The notes below the pieces were generated by a model that saw nothing but the letters and a program-made list of their open reading frames with translations, ran no database searches and was not told the DNA's origin. A stretch of 64,000 nt of DNA from Lineus longissimus (taxonomy: Eukaryota), in the NCBI RefSeq assembly GCF_910592395.1, contig NC_088312.1, positions 2,933,858 through 2,997,857 on the forward strand, written 5' to 3'. The position numbers and the translations under genes are program-made. Positions 34,811-46,702 of the stretch are shown one piece after another (within the stretch, counting starts at the first letter, position 1; each line of letters starts with the position of its first letter).

Positions 34811-35070
34811 GTAAGGTTTACAACTCAATTTAAAGGGGACTTCAGGCAGAGCTTTAGGCTCTGATTAATGGTCACCTATTTGCACAGTTAGGTGATTGTG
34901 AAATAGACGAACCTGTTCACATTGATGCTGTAATGGAATTCAGAAATGGCAATTCCACTCTTGAATAGAGTAGAAAAGAGAGGACTTTTTGCCTGCTTCT
35001 GAATTTTTGTAAGTTTACCACTTTTTGTCTTTCAATTTGTCAAAAGAATTGTATTTTTGTCATTCTTTAG

Positions 35071-35175
35071 ATGAGGGAAGTCTTGATTTCGATGACTATG
35101 AACTCTCCTCAGATGCAGTGGCCGACGCTCCAGAATATTTGGATCTTGCAACAGACACTTTAGCAAGAGTTGCTG
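35071..35175 (+). CDS. PARP4: PARP4 exon
   Basis: DEGSLDFDDYELSSDAVADAPEYLDLATDTLARVA; its phase-1 end joins the giant exon in frame (g + ag = E). Confidence 0.65.
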
Positions 35176-36409
35176 GTAATTTATTTCACTTTTTTCTGTT
35201 CTTCGTGATGACTCTTTTTAATACCTTGGTACTGCCATGATCTGTCAGGACCCAGATTTAGAGCTAAAAAGTTTTAAGTGCAGAGAAACAATACCAGGTA
35301 CATTCTTGTTCTGTTTGTTGAGTCTTTACTCTTTGGCAGACCGTTCGAGATCCAATTAGCTCCACTGAATCAAATTCATTTTAAATTCTATATTGCCCTA
35401 CCCAGTTCAAGGCGAAGGACGCCATCACCATTGATGGAAAACCGCATGCAAGAAATTTGCTATGAAGACTCGGAAACTTATTCTCTTATGTTCTCAGGAG
35501 GTAATGCTACAGTCTTGTCATTCACCTCCTTCGGGAGGAAGTTAGAATTAAAACTCTTTCTCGTTCCCACTCGTCCAAATTTTGGCAGCCGCCCTGATGA
35601 TATTTTTTATATCACATTTTGCCACTACTTCATTGTGTTTTGGATCAGACCACAAATGCGCAACTCGTGCTGACAGTGCTTCCGTTATATTAGTATGTAA
35701 AGCATAATATCTGATTGTATAGATCATGACCTTGACTGCTGAATTCCGTTGTATGCCACTACATGTCAGGAGTAACAATTTCATTGGTAATAGTACTCAG
35801 TCATAGATTCTTTGATGGCGTTTAATCAATATACATGTAGATTCTACTGTGAGCCATCAATGATTAGATGATGGAGAATGTTCATCATAGATTCATTGAT
35901 AGAAACACAGGTTGTATCTATGGTGTTATCATTGACTCTATCATGGTATCTATAATAGCCTTTTTTATGGGTCATCAACAAATTGTTTTTGAATTGGTGA
36001 ACAATTCTTTTTTTTCCAGAATTCTGAAGACTAACTCTAATGGTTTTATACTTTGATACTTGCATCTATGATGGTGGGGCCCATCATAGAATATACAATG
36101 GGTCATCATAGACTCTAATGCTTGCCCGACAGAGAATCTGTGACGGGACATGAGTGTAAAACATGGTTTGTGATATTCATCATAGATTGTACCATGGGCC
36201 CATCAGTGATTCGTCATGGATTGTACCATGGGCCCATCAGTGATTCGTCATAGATTGTACCATGGGCCCATCAGTGATTCGTCATAGATTGTACCATGGG
36301 CCCATCAGTGATTCTATGATGGAAACGTTTGCCTCTGTCAAGTGGTGAGATTTGTCTTCATTTCATACCGAATGACTTTGACACAAGTTACCATCTTTAT
36401 TTACTTCAG

Positions 36410-39400
36410 AGATAGAACAGTCTTTGAAAAGACCCTCACCACCTGAAGCATCAATAAGACGTAGACTACCCCTACCCCCACCACCAGCACACCCAGCCCC
36501 ACCAATAGCACGGGCAAGTTACAGATCTGCAGTTTTTACAAACGAAGCTAAGGCAGGTTTTGCAGGAGCCTACAGAGGTGGACCAATAATGGCTGATGCA
36601 TTACCACCACCATCACCACCTATGAGAGGAGGTGGATCAACTCCACCACCACCACCCGGGGCAGGTTTTGCAGGAGCCTCCAGAGGTGGACAATTAATGG
36701 CTGATTCACCACCACCACCACCACCCAGGGCAGGTTTTGCAGGAGCCTCCAGAGGTGGACAATTAATGGCTGATTCACCACCACCACCACCACCCAGGGC
36801 AGGTTTTGCAAGAGCCTCCAGAGGTGGACAATTCATGTTTAATTCACCACCACCACCACCACCACCCGGGGCAGGTTTTGGAGAAGCCTCCAGAGGTGGA
36901 CAATTAATGGCTGATTCACCACCACCACCACCACCACCACCACCACCCGGGGCAGGTTTTGCAGGAGCCTCCAGAGGTGGACAATTTATAATGGCTGATT
37001 CAACACCACCTTCACTTATGCCCAAGTCATCTGTATTAATGGCTATGCGAGAACTCCCTTCACCATTACCTAAAGTGGCTGCTACTAGAGATACGACACA
37101 CTCGCTTACAACACCAGTCGATGCAGGTTTGAAAGTAATGGCAGGAAGGCATATAAGAATGGGGATGAAAAGTCTGCCAGCAAAAAGCCTCGATGCATCA
37201 CTTGATGACATTGTGAAACCTACAACCGATAAACCAGATGTAAGGGAACATGCTTTTTCACGAGCGAGGCCCCGGAGGTTGTCTGAGTTGAATAAAAGCC
37301 AACGGCTGGGGATCAGCGATGCACCAGAACCAGTTTCATATGGCGTATACAGTTCAATGGCAGATGAGAGGGAGATGGGTGCAGAGACTGTTGAAGTTGC
37401 TGCTCCTACACCAAAACCTAGACCGAGGGTAAGTGAAGAGGCAGTTTTGATTGATGAGACATGTGGGAGTAATTTGTTTGATTCTAGTTCTCTTCTCGTG
37501 GATGAAGTTGATGGTGCTGAGCGGCAAGGTTTGGTGTCTAGTAGTATGTCACGTTTGAACAAGAAAGTCTTGGGTTGGCCTAATCATGCCAGTTCTCATC
37601 TGGCTCATCCTTTATATAACCTTACCAATCATACTTTTGGTTCTAACAGTCGTGCATTTGCCCCAACCAGTCCTACATACGGCCCAACTAGTCCTTCATA
37701 TAGCCCGACTAGTCCTACATACAGCCCAACCAGTCCTTCATATAGCCCGACTAGTCCTACATACAGCCCAACCAGTCCTTCATTCGGCCCAACTAGTCCT
37801 TCATATAGCCCGACTAGTCCTACATACAGCCCAAGCAGTCCTTCATACGGCCCGACCAGTCATTCATATAGCCCGACTAGTCCTGTCTTTAAACCGACCA
37901 GTCCTTCATTAGTCAAACCTGATTGGTTACATTTTCAGCCAACTAGCCCTTCCTCTCCAATGCATGCAAGACCTGAGCATGGTGAGAAAACCCTCTTGCC
38001 CTGTTCTTTGAATTCCGATAACAAAGTTACTAAAATAACTGTTGAATCAGAAGCTTCACGTATTGACGAAAGACCAAAGTTTGGAGAAATAAAATCATCA
38101 TTGTTTGGCTCAGTATCTCGAACAGGTGGATTGGTAGGAACACGAACATCCCAGTCTGGAGCTCCATCTGAAACGGGTGGCTTTGGAGGAACACAAACAT
38201 CCTTGTTTGGAGCTCCATCTCAAACAGGTGGCTTTGCAGGAACACAAACATCCTTGTTTGGAGCTCCATCTCAAACAGGTGGTTTTGGAGGAACACAAAC
38301 ATCCTCATTTGGAGCTCCATCTGAAACGGGTGGCTTTGGAGGAACACAAACATCCTTGTTTGGAGCTCCATCTGAAACGGGTGGCTTTGGAGGAACACAA
38401 ACATCTTCATTTGGAGCTCCATCTGAAACGGGTGGCTTTGGAGGAACACAAACATCCTTGTTTGGAGCTCCATCTGAAACGGGTGGCTTTGGAGGAACAC
38501 AAACATCCTCATTTGGAGCTCCATCTGAAACAGTAGGCTTTGGAGGAACACAAACATCCTTGTTTGGAGCTCCATCTCAAACAGGTGGCTTTAGAGGAAC
38601 ACAAACATCTTCATTTGGAGCTCCATCTGAAACAGTAGGCTTTGGAGGAATACAAACATCTTTGTTTGGAGCTCCATCTGAAACGAGTGGCTTTGGAGGA
38701 ACACAAACATCCTCATTTGGAGCTCCATCTGAAACAGTAGGCTTTGGAGGAACACAAACATCCTTGTTTGGAGCTCCATCTCAAATGGGTGGCTTTGGAG
38801 GAACACAAACATCCTCGTTTGTAGCGCCAGCTAAGTCAGGTGGTTTTGGAGCATCTTCACAACCATCTGGGTTCGATGCTCCAGCGCAGTCAAGTTCTTT
38901 CGTTGGAGCGACGTTGGAGCAAACGTCTGGATTTCGAGTACAGGCTCTACCAATTGCTTTTGGAGCAACATCCCAAAAACCATCTGGGTTTGGATTTGGA
39001 GTACCAGCTCAGTCAAGTGCTTTTGGGGCAGCAACACAACAACAATCGGGATTTTCCTTTGGGGCACCAGCTCAGCCAAGTGCTTTTGGGGTAACACCCC
39101 AAAAACCATCTGGATTTGGATTTGGAGTTCAAGCTCAGTCAAGTGGTTTTGGGGCAACAACACAACCACAATCTGGATTTAGATTTGGAGTACCAGGTCA
39201 GTCAAGTGCTTTTGGGGCAGCAACACAACAACAATCGGGATTTTCCTTTGGGGCACCAGCTCAGCCAAGTGCTTTTGGGGTAACACCCCAAAAACCATCT
39301 GGATTTGGATTTGGAGTACCAGCTCAGTCGAGTGTCCTTTTAAGAGCTGCTGCAAAACCTGTCATTCAAGATAAGCAATCAACAAAGCGAGTATTATTAT

Positions 39401-39945
39401 CCATCCCTTCTGAAGAACCATTGCCTAAACATGATCCAGTGCCACTTCTGAAGAAGACAATAAATGAGAAAAAAAGCGCTTGCTGGGGTGGTCCACCGAG
39501 TGATTTTGCTGAGAGTTTTGGCAGTGATCAGTTGAAGGAACTCGTGGCTGAGATGCAGTTACAAGGTGATCTTAAAGAAGATGATGTGTATGAGATTTCT
39601 GAGATGCTGAAGGAGGTGGAAAAGGCTGAGGAACATGACAAATCGGACAAAACGGCTTTTGGTGGATCTCAGCGGACATGTCCTCCAAATTATTGGATAG
39701 ATTCCTCCGATGATGAGTGTCTGGTTGGCTCTGTCCTGAGCACTGAAGATGGAGAAGAGGTTGGCGAAATACAAGCAAGGAGGAGCTCAGATGTTGGACC
39801 AGCAGCCAAAACGGTGATGCTTGATGCTCCAAAGACTGGTCCAACAACGTATTTGATTAGATCTTCAAATAAAGAAATTCCAGTTGCTCCTGAAGTGCAT
39901 GATCATATGCTGGGTGAGATAGAGGATGTTACTCCAAAGGAGAAG
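36410..39945 (+). CDS. PARP4: PARP4 giant exon: Pro-rich 23-aa repeats, CTD-like YSPTSPS heptads, and FG repeats
   Basis: ORF 36424..40029 is continuous for 1201 aa. Upstream of its annotated start the frame stays open back to the acceptor cttcag| at 36409 and joins the previous exon in phase. Its most likely 3' end is the donor aag|gtagga at 39945, followed by exons restoring the conserved C-terminus. Alternatively it reads through to TGA at 40029 (or a donor at 40013). Confidence 0.7.
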
Positions 39946-40143
39946 GTAGGAACCAATGGATTAGCATTAGTATTTAGGAGGATTCACGTGTTGGCTTCTA
40001 TTCCTCATCTAAGGTACTTCCATGGTTGAAACTTCTACAGGAGACACCCCTATTGGCTACTTTGTGTACCTTGATCTGACCTTCCCAGCTCCTGCCTTTT
40101 GTCCCCCTTTAACAGTAGTATAATGCAAGTCTTCTCTTCTCAG

Positions 40144-40209
40144 CGTGGAGCGGTGAGGGAAAAACGGGATTCGGTTTTTGAGACATACGACATTTTGGAG
40201 CAAGGACCA
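40144..40209 (+). CDS. PARP4: Putative PARP4 micro-exon
   Basis: RGAVREKRDSVFETYDILEQGP, acceptor tcttctcag|, weak donor cca|gtagaa; it places the conserved P|W junction seen in vertebrate PARP4 (...DAVPW|TELL). Low confidence. Confidence 0.35.
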
Positions 40210-40429
40210 GTAGAACAACAACATAAAAAATGTATCAAAGACATATTTGACACCAATCCTTATGCATCACAAGGCAAGTATATCAACTTTGAAACACAAA
40301 GGACAGATCAAAACAAGGCCTAAGGTATATTCCAAAGAAATCTTGTTATCCTGTGACCAAGGCCTTTTAGAATGATAGACCCAGGATAATGATTTATGGT
40401 ACTTTTCCTGTTTCGATATGTACTTTCAG

Positions 40430-40706
40430 TGGTTGGTATACAGTACTAATAATATTCCATTGAATGATTTTATCACAGATTCTGAGGGTTACTTCAGTGA
40501 CACAGCTATTCGAAACGTCCTCCTTGATAAGAAGATGAAAAAGCTAACCGGTGCTGAAATTGAAGAATTGGTCAGAAATGGCAATAGTTCATACCCTGAG
40601 GAAATGTTTTGGGATTTCTCTAATCCTGCCATTTACGAATGTCTGCTTGGTGTGTCTGTTGAGACTTGTCGTAATCTACTTCAAGATGCTGGTTTGCAGT
40701 CTTTGG
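40430..40706 (+). CDS. PARP4: PARP4 exon (vault/MVP-binding C-terminal domain)
   Basis: WLVYSTNNIPLNDFITDSEGYFSDTAIRNVLLDKKMKKLTGAEIEELVRNGNSSYPEEMFWDFSNPAIYECLLGVSVETCRNLLQDAGLQSL (ORF 40418..40747); vertebrate ...QTEDGFWKLTPELGLILNLN...KQKGIQSLG. Confidence 0.8.
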
Positions 40707-41153
40707 GTAAGTCATGGAAGTTACCAAATAGCGGTAAAGCATGGTGAACTTAACTTACCCAAAAGTTCCTAAAAAACCCAGAGAGACGAATTCTGTGTTG
40801 TCTGTTGGACTCAAACGCGGGCCCCTGCATTCATGGGTCAGTGAGCAGTGTTAGCCACTGAGCTATGTGGCTGCTCTTCATCAGACTGACGAAGTTCCCA
40901 GAAGGGATTTTAGCTCTTTAGTAGACTTTTCAATCAAAATTGGTGTGCTACGTGCGGATTATGCCATGGTTGACATTGCCTGACTTCTTAACCACCATTG
41001 TTGTGCAGATGATAAAATGCACCAAGCAAGTCAGTAAGGTAAATTTGACATCCGGAATGGTGTCTTTATCTCTTTATGTCTTCTTCTACATGGCCACTAT
41101 TGAGAATCTTTCTAAATACATATAAGTTTCATATTTTTTTGGTAATTTTGCAG

Positions 41154-41425
41154 GTGCCAAGGCTGTGCTCGAAATTAGTCGCTTGGTGGCAACATTGATT
41201 GTAATATATCACGTTGTCCACAGTCTGACTGATTGGGTCACGAAGAAAAGATGCCTGTTGAAGGAGGGTTACATCGAATGTGGACAAGAAAGCACTTTAA
41301 GAGCCCTCAAAATGGCGAAGACGTTTTGTCAAGCGAGGGAAAGAGGTTTCCCACTCACATACTCGACCTTGGAACTCGGCAGTAGCTGGGACAATGTGAT
41401 TCAGAAGTGGCTAGAAATCATTTGA
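41154..41425 (+). CDS. PARP4: PARP4 terminal coding exon (MVP-binding domain), stop TGA at 41423-41425
   Basis: GAKAVLEISRLVATLIVIYHVVHSLTDWVTKKRCLLKEGYIECGQESTLRALKMAKTFCQARERGFPLTYSTLELGSSWDNVIQKWLEII*; vertebrate ...LDLIATMLVLQFIRTRLEKEG...RLELGNDWDSATKQLLGL. AATAAA follows at 41451. Confidence 0.85.
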
Positions 41426-41450
41426 ACTGATGCTGGTCTGTGTACAAGTA

Positions 41451-41456
41451 AATAAA
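41451..41456 (+). terminator. PARP4: PARP4 polyadenylation signal AATAAA
   Basis: AATAAA lies 26 nt after the stop codon. Confidence 0.6.
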
Positions 41457-43803
41457 AGGTGGACAATAGAGAGATATTCAGATTTTGATCCGAGAACCCG
41501 GTGGTACTTTGCCTGTTGTCGGAAATGCAATGAAACTGTCCTCATTGTGTGGTATTCCTAGAAACATTACAAAACATCACAAACCTTAATGAAGTCCAAC
41601 AGACGGAGTGAGAAATTATCATCCTCATTCTTGGATTAAAATCTGAACTGAATTCAACTCTTGCCCTAACTTAGTCTATGCTACTTGATCACATGGAACA
41701 TTCCCCAGGAACCACCAGGTGCGATGTTATTTGTCCTCTCCTGTATTTACAATTGTGCCAATTATGATGTGAGGATGCGTGGCTTCAAATCTTTAGGAGA
41801 ACATGTAGATGTCTATTTTCATTTTATTTGTACATGAATGTTCACTGAGTGGATCATAATCTATTGTACTTTGCTTGTCTCTAGATGTAACATTGGAATG
41901 AGGGGCTCCTGCGAGACCTGGATATATATTTGTACACTATATGGCATTGTCACACACGTTGCTTTACTTAGCACTCCCTTACTAAACAGAAATCAAATTC
42001 AATTGATATCCGTGTGGAGCCCTCTTATTCCAGTGTCTACAGTATATACTCAAGTAATGAAACCTTCTAGTGGTCACATAAAAATTACTTAATATTTCAA
42101 TTCAATATTGTAGAGTAAAACCTATTTATCAAGAGCACTGTCTTCAGGGACTGACATATGCTGTCCTTATTAGGGAGGTGCCCTGATTATAGAGGTCGGA
42201 TGCATAGATCTGATGCTTCCTGAAGGTGCGTTCTGTGCAGGAGAGCTCTTTTACAACTTTTGTCACCAGTACTAAAAATCAAATGTGATAGATGAAGAGT
42301 GTACTGTGATTTGCACTGGTCTTGTATATTTTATGTATCGATCTAATTTAGTATTTCAGTATTCTGTGATAAAGAATTGGCAGACTAATCGATTGGGGGC
42401 ACAAAATTAGGTTTTATAAGTTTTCTTTAAAACTTCCTTAGCTCAGTTTGAGTGTCTGTCTTTGACTTTGAATGAAAATGGGTATTCTGTTGAAATGTCA
42501 CTACTAGAGCAGTGTTTCAAACTCATCCAGTTTGTCACATCAGTGCTGATGGTACAATTTAGACCTTTGTTAGTGAACCATTTCATCATTAGAACCCATA
42601 TTGTTCTGTATACCTTTGAGTACAATATGATGAATGAATAAATGTTATTAGTTTTAAGACAATATTGTTTTGTTTTGAGGCATGAACATATTATACCGAT
42701 ATATTATAAACCTTTGAAGAGTTTCCCACAGTCCTGAGCTTTTGCCACTAGTTGTCTCTGACACAACAACAACAACCCCCCCTTCGTCTATTTAGAGACT
42801 ATCTCCATGTTCCTTCCATGAGTCTACTTATCCCTAGCTTATTCTTTCCTTCATGTCTTTGCCACCTCAAGACTTGGTGGCCAGCCTGCCCCTCAAAATA
42901 GATCGCTTTTCACTTGGCTGAAAAAGGTTATTCCCAGTGATGCGAATGCAACTAACCTGGTTGGAACAACTGTGGCCTGCATGGAGCACCTTGATAATCG
43001 GACAACCTACTGTGAAGTTGACCCAGACCTGTCCTTTGAAATGCCACTCTGCACTGCCTACATATCTTTAATGATTGTGACATTGTTCCTTGCATCAGTC
43101 AAAAGGACAATAGGCGGGTCTCCAGTTGTTCGATTGAACAAGCTGGATTGCAGGCCAAGGATAAATGGAATGGGCTGTTCGTCTGTGCCATCCTGACTTG
43201 TTCACCTAGGAGCACATGGTCGTGCAGCATACAGTATACATATATCGAAAGTTTTACTGTAAATTCTGGCAGCTTAAAATCAATGCAAGATGGAGTTGGC
43301 TCATGCTTCTATGGGGCCTGATTGTGACATTGTCCTTGTTAGACCGAAAACACATGTGGATTTATGGATGTTTGTTTGTCGTTAGGAAGAAACCAAGACT
43401 GATGGACAATGCCATAAACTGACACAAGAGGACAGCCACTATACACCTGTCAATAGATTATGAGATTGTTCCTTCCATCCCATTCACACGAATTGACAAA
43501 AATCTGGCTATTCTTGAATCTCTTGTCGAAATTCCAGCCAAACACATAAGACTGGATGTGATTTATTCCTTTCCCAAGTTCAATGTAAGCGGATGTGCCA
43601 AGAAAGAAAGGTGTACGACTAGATTGACACTCAAGCTGCGATTTATTGCAAAGTACATGTATTATGTTTTACAGAAACATTGTAAATGTACATGTATTTT
43701 ACCCACTAGGACTTTGCTTGGTGTACTGAAATTTTCTGAAATTGAAATATAACTTGAAAACTGGTAGTGCATCTCTGTAGCTACATGTATCTGGCCACAC
43801 ACG

Positions 43804-43809
43804 TTTATT
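43804..43809 (-). terminator. NSUN4: NSUN4 polyadenylation signal (AATAAA on the minus strand)
   Basis: Plus-strand TTTATT lies 22 nt downstream (on the minus strand) of the NSUN4 stop. Confidence 0.5.
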
Positions 43810-43830
43810 GATTAGTTCTTATCAAGGCAT

Positions 43831-44107
43831 CTAATTTAGTCTTTTTAACTTGCAAAAATACATAGGTCCAAAATTTGCCTGAATATGTGGAAGCACAAGT
43901 TGTCCGTATCGACATTTATCGTAAAATTTGTAAGTGTCCTTGAACAATGTCCGCATAACCGAAGTGTCCTGAACAACCACGTCTATTTTTGTAGTCTCCC
44001 AGATGTGCTCAAGTGCAGCCTGGATGACACCATCGTTTTGGGGCATTGTTGACGTGCAAGTTGAATAGACAATACTGCCACCAGGCTTACAAGCTTTAAT
44101 GCCAGCA
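43831..44107 (-). CDS. NSUN4: NSUN4 terminal coding exon
   Basis: [92 protein letters not shown]; the vertebrate NSUN4 C-terminus is ...KPGGHVVYSTCSLS...[23 protein letters not shown]. ORF 43831..44046. Confidence 0.9.
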
Positions 44108-44342
44108 CTGAAAAGAAATAACTATACTGGTAAAACAAACTTGGTTGGTGCTAACCGGGGCATTGGCCAGACTCCAAAAGCCCTGAGCAGTTTGTATATC
44201 TGCAACATTATGCAATATTTGGGAAAGATTGTCAGCCACAATAATTTACTTTAGTAGACAGTACGACCTTACTTAATCAGCAGAACTTATTGCATGAACC
44301 CGACTTTTGGTCCAGAGGACTAAGAAATTTTATTGAACATAC

Positions 44343-44467
44343 ATTAAGAGGTCCCTTTGCGTGGAGGTAAGTTTCATCCGTTGTGATACTCGGCCAGGCT
44401 TGAAGATATTGTTGTCATTCTCATTGAGGCAATGTCTGTCGGTCAAACATGGTACATCCACCAGAAC
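44343..44467 (-). CDS. NSUN4: NSUN4 exon (catalytic PC motif)
   Basis: VLVDVPCLTDRHCLNENDNNIFKPGRVSQRMKLTSTQRDLL; vertebrate [23 protein letters not shown]. Confidence 0.85.
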
Positions 44468-44821
44468 CTAGTCGCAAGAAAATGATTAGCTGATTTCAAC
44501 TTGAACATCATTTGGAAGAGTGTTTGCCATACCATCAAAATGATTGTATGGTTTGAGAGGAATCACACCAAAATGGCTAACTTTTCAAAGATACCTATTT
44601 CAATTCCAGCCCAGAAGACATTCATTTCATGATCAAAACTGACTCCAACTGGTCCAACAATGGCAATTTTCATTCAATTACTTTAACTCCGCACCAATGT
44701 TGCCCTGCCACAAGTAAGCCAGGAAACCGGTGTCAAAGTCGAAGGTTTTAAGTCAACAAGCTCCTTTTGAAACAGACACCATCTTTCTTGGCCTTTTTTT
44801 AGATATTATAGCTTTTAATAC

Positions 44822-44976
44822 CTTATCACACTGAATTCCAAAGTCTGCTGTTCTGGCATCTTTCGAGAACAATATCACCTCGCTCTCATCACGTATAGAG
44901 TCTGGCAGGTAGGAGTCTATCACAGACCTCAGGCGTCTCATTCGACTCCCAGATAAGTCGTTACAAATCACCAGTC
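44822..44976 (-). CDS. NSUN4: NSUN4 exon
   Basis: GLVICNDLSGSRMRRLRSVIDSYLPDSIRDESEVILFSKDARTADFGIQCDK (ORF 44753..45184); vertebrate [29 protein letters not shown]. Confidence 0.85.
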
Positions 44977-45056
44977 CTGAAAAACAGATTTTTGAAAGAT
45001 TATTCCTAACATTGCCATTGTATAGACAGACAAACAAAAGACTTTTTCTACCATTA

Positions 45057-45263
<207 letters not shown>

Positions 45264-45537
45264 TCAATTCAGACACTGAAAATTGTGTTCTTGAGAAAAC
45301 CTTCTGCGAAATTTATACAATTGTAGAAGTATTAATACTACCTCATTGAAAATTGTGTTCTTGAGAAAACCTTCTGCGAAATTTATACATTTGTAGAAGT
45401 ATTAATACTACCTCTAAGTATAAAACGAAGCCAATTTTCAAACCTTATTTTCTACATTACCCGAGTTTACTTGTTACCTCATTAGCTATCTATGTTTTAG
45501 AAACTGTCCTCATTAGCCTTTCATGTGACATACTCAC

Positions 45538-46111
45538 CCAATTTTCCAGACGCATCCCCTTTAGGAGGCGAAAAATATGCCACCTCTCCCATTGGCTGAG
45601 TAAAAACCTTCAGGAGATTCGGTAAACGAAAGTTTGTATCTGGAACAGTTTTCACATCAAAGCTTCCAGGTTCAAGAATATTTGCGTCATGCTCCTCCAT
45701 GGCAAATAGTTCTTCATCTGTATAAACTTTTTCTGCAGGGACAAAACGATAAAGATCTGTCCTATCATCTTCTTCTTCTAAAATGTCATTTTTGGAGTCA
45801 TTCTTTTCGATATCTGTCGATTTTATATCCAATAGAGTAGACTGAAGTTGTAACTTGTCACTTTCTGTGTTTGACAATTCTTTGTGCCTTTCAATTCCTA
45901 ACTGGATGATATCATAAGACCCCTCACCCAGCAGATCTAAGCCAATTTCTTCACATTTACTACTAAAATTGTTCAATAATGCGCTGTATTTTGGCTGCGA
46001 AAGTAGTGCAAGTCGAACTGACGGCCACTGTTCATTAAACGTCTGCTGATGATAGTAATCAAAATGCTCAAGAGCAAGTTGTTTGTATTCTTTCTCCTTG
46101 TTGTGTCTCGC
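45538..46111 (-). CDS. NSUN4: NSUN4 large exon
   Basis: ARHNKEKEYKQLALEHFDYYHQQTFNEQWPSVRLALLSQPKYSALLNNFSSKCEE...PNLLKVFTQPMGEVAYFSPPKGDASGKL (ORF 45521..45976 plus open frame upstream to the acceptor); vertebrate ...[25 protein letters not shown]... Confidence 0.85.
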
Positions 46112-46702
46112 CTGAAAAGAAGGAACACATGGTCAACGACACAACATGGTTTGTAGGTCACCCATTCTTTAAGCCTCTGTGAATATATCTAGTCCTGATG
46201 AAATTCTTTCTTGAATCTGAAGAGTAACTTTCCATCGCATCAGTGGGGAAAATTTCACAATCTGTCTCTGGTGGATATGAAGTTTACTCTGTCTTCGGTG
46301 AAGGCAAAACCACAATCCGTCTTGGATGGTGACAATATCTAATATGTCTTGGTTGAGACAAAGTCACAATCTGTCTTAGGGTGGAGGTCCAGCTCACATC
46401 TGTCTTGAGGTGGCCTGGAGACAAAGTCACAACCTGTCTCATGTCTATTCAAGAGAATAGGAAACTGTTTTCTAGAAATACTGTCGAGAGGGTTGGATAC
46501 ACAGCTGATAGATAGGCCCTATTATAGATTACTACAGCATGTAAGCAATTTTCGACTTTTCATGGCGAGGTACTTTCTGTTACACCCTGTATTATAGAAT
46601 TTGATCCGGTAATCAAAAGCTTAAAGTATATTGCGTGCAAATTCTCGATAAATTATCCAATTTCAGACAGATATGATTTCTAAAATAGTTTAAAGTAATT
46701 AC

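Noticed and set aside
36570-37562. Minus-strand ORF of 330 aa (and 36620..36811, 37586..37912 on other frames) overlapping the PARP4 giant exon
   Set aside because: These are alternative-frame or antisense read-throughs of the Pro-rich and heptad tandem repeats (poly-G/V/P translations), with no independent splice or start context.
38030-39169. Minus-strand ORFs (181 aa, 73 aa, 112 aa) and plus-strand alternative-frame ORFs 38177..38536 and 38840..39094
   Set aside because: They are repetitive [12 protein letters not shown]... or [15 protein letters not shown]... translations produced by the 51-bp FG-repeat array in other frames; they are repeat shadows, not genes.
40013-40029. The 1201-aa ORF running through to TGA at 40029 as the true end of the PARP4 exon
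   Set aside because: The 28 codons after 39945 are not recognisably conserved, and splicing at 39945 restores the conserved PARP4 C-terminus. It is retained only as an alternative model.
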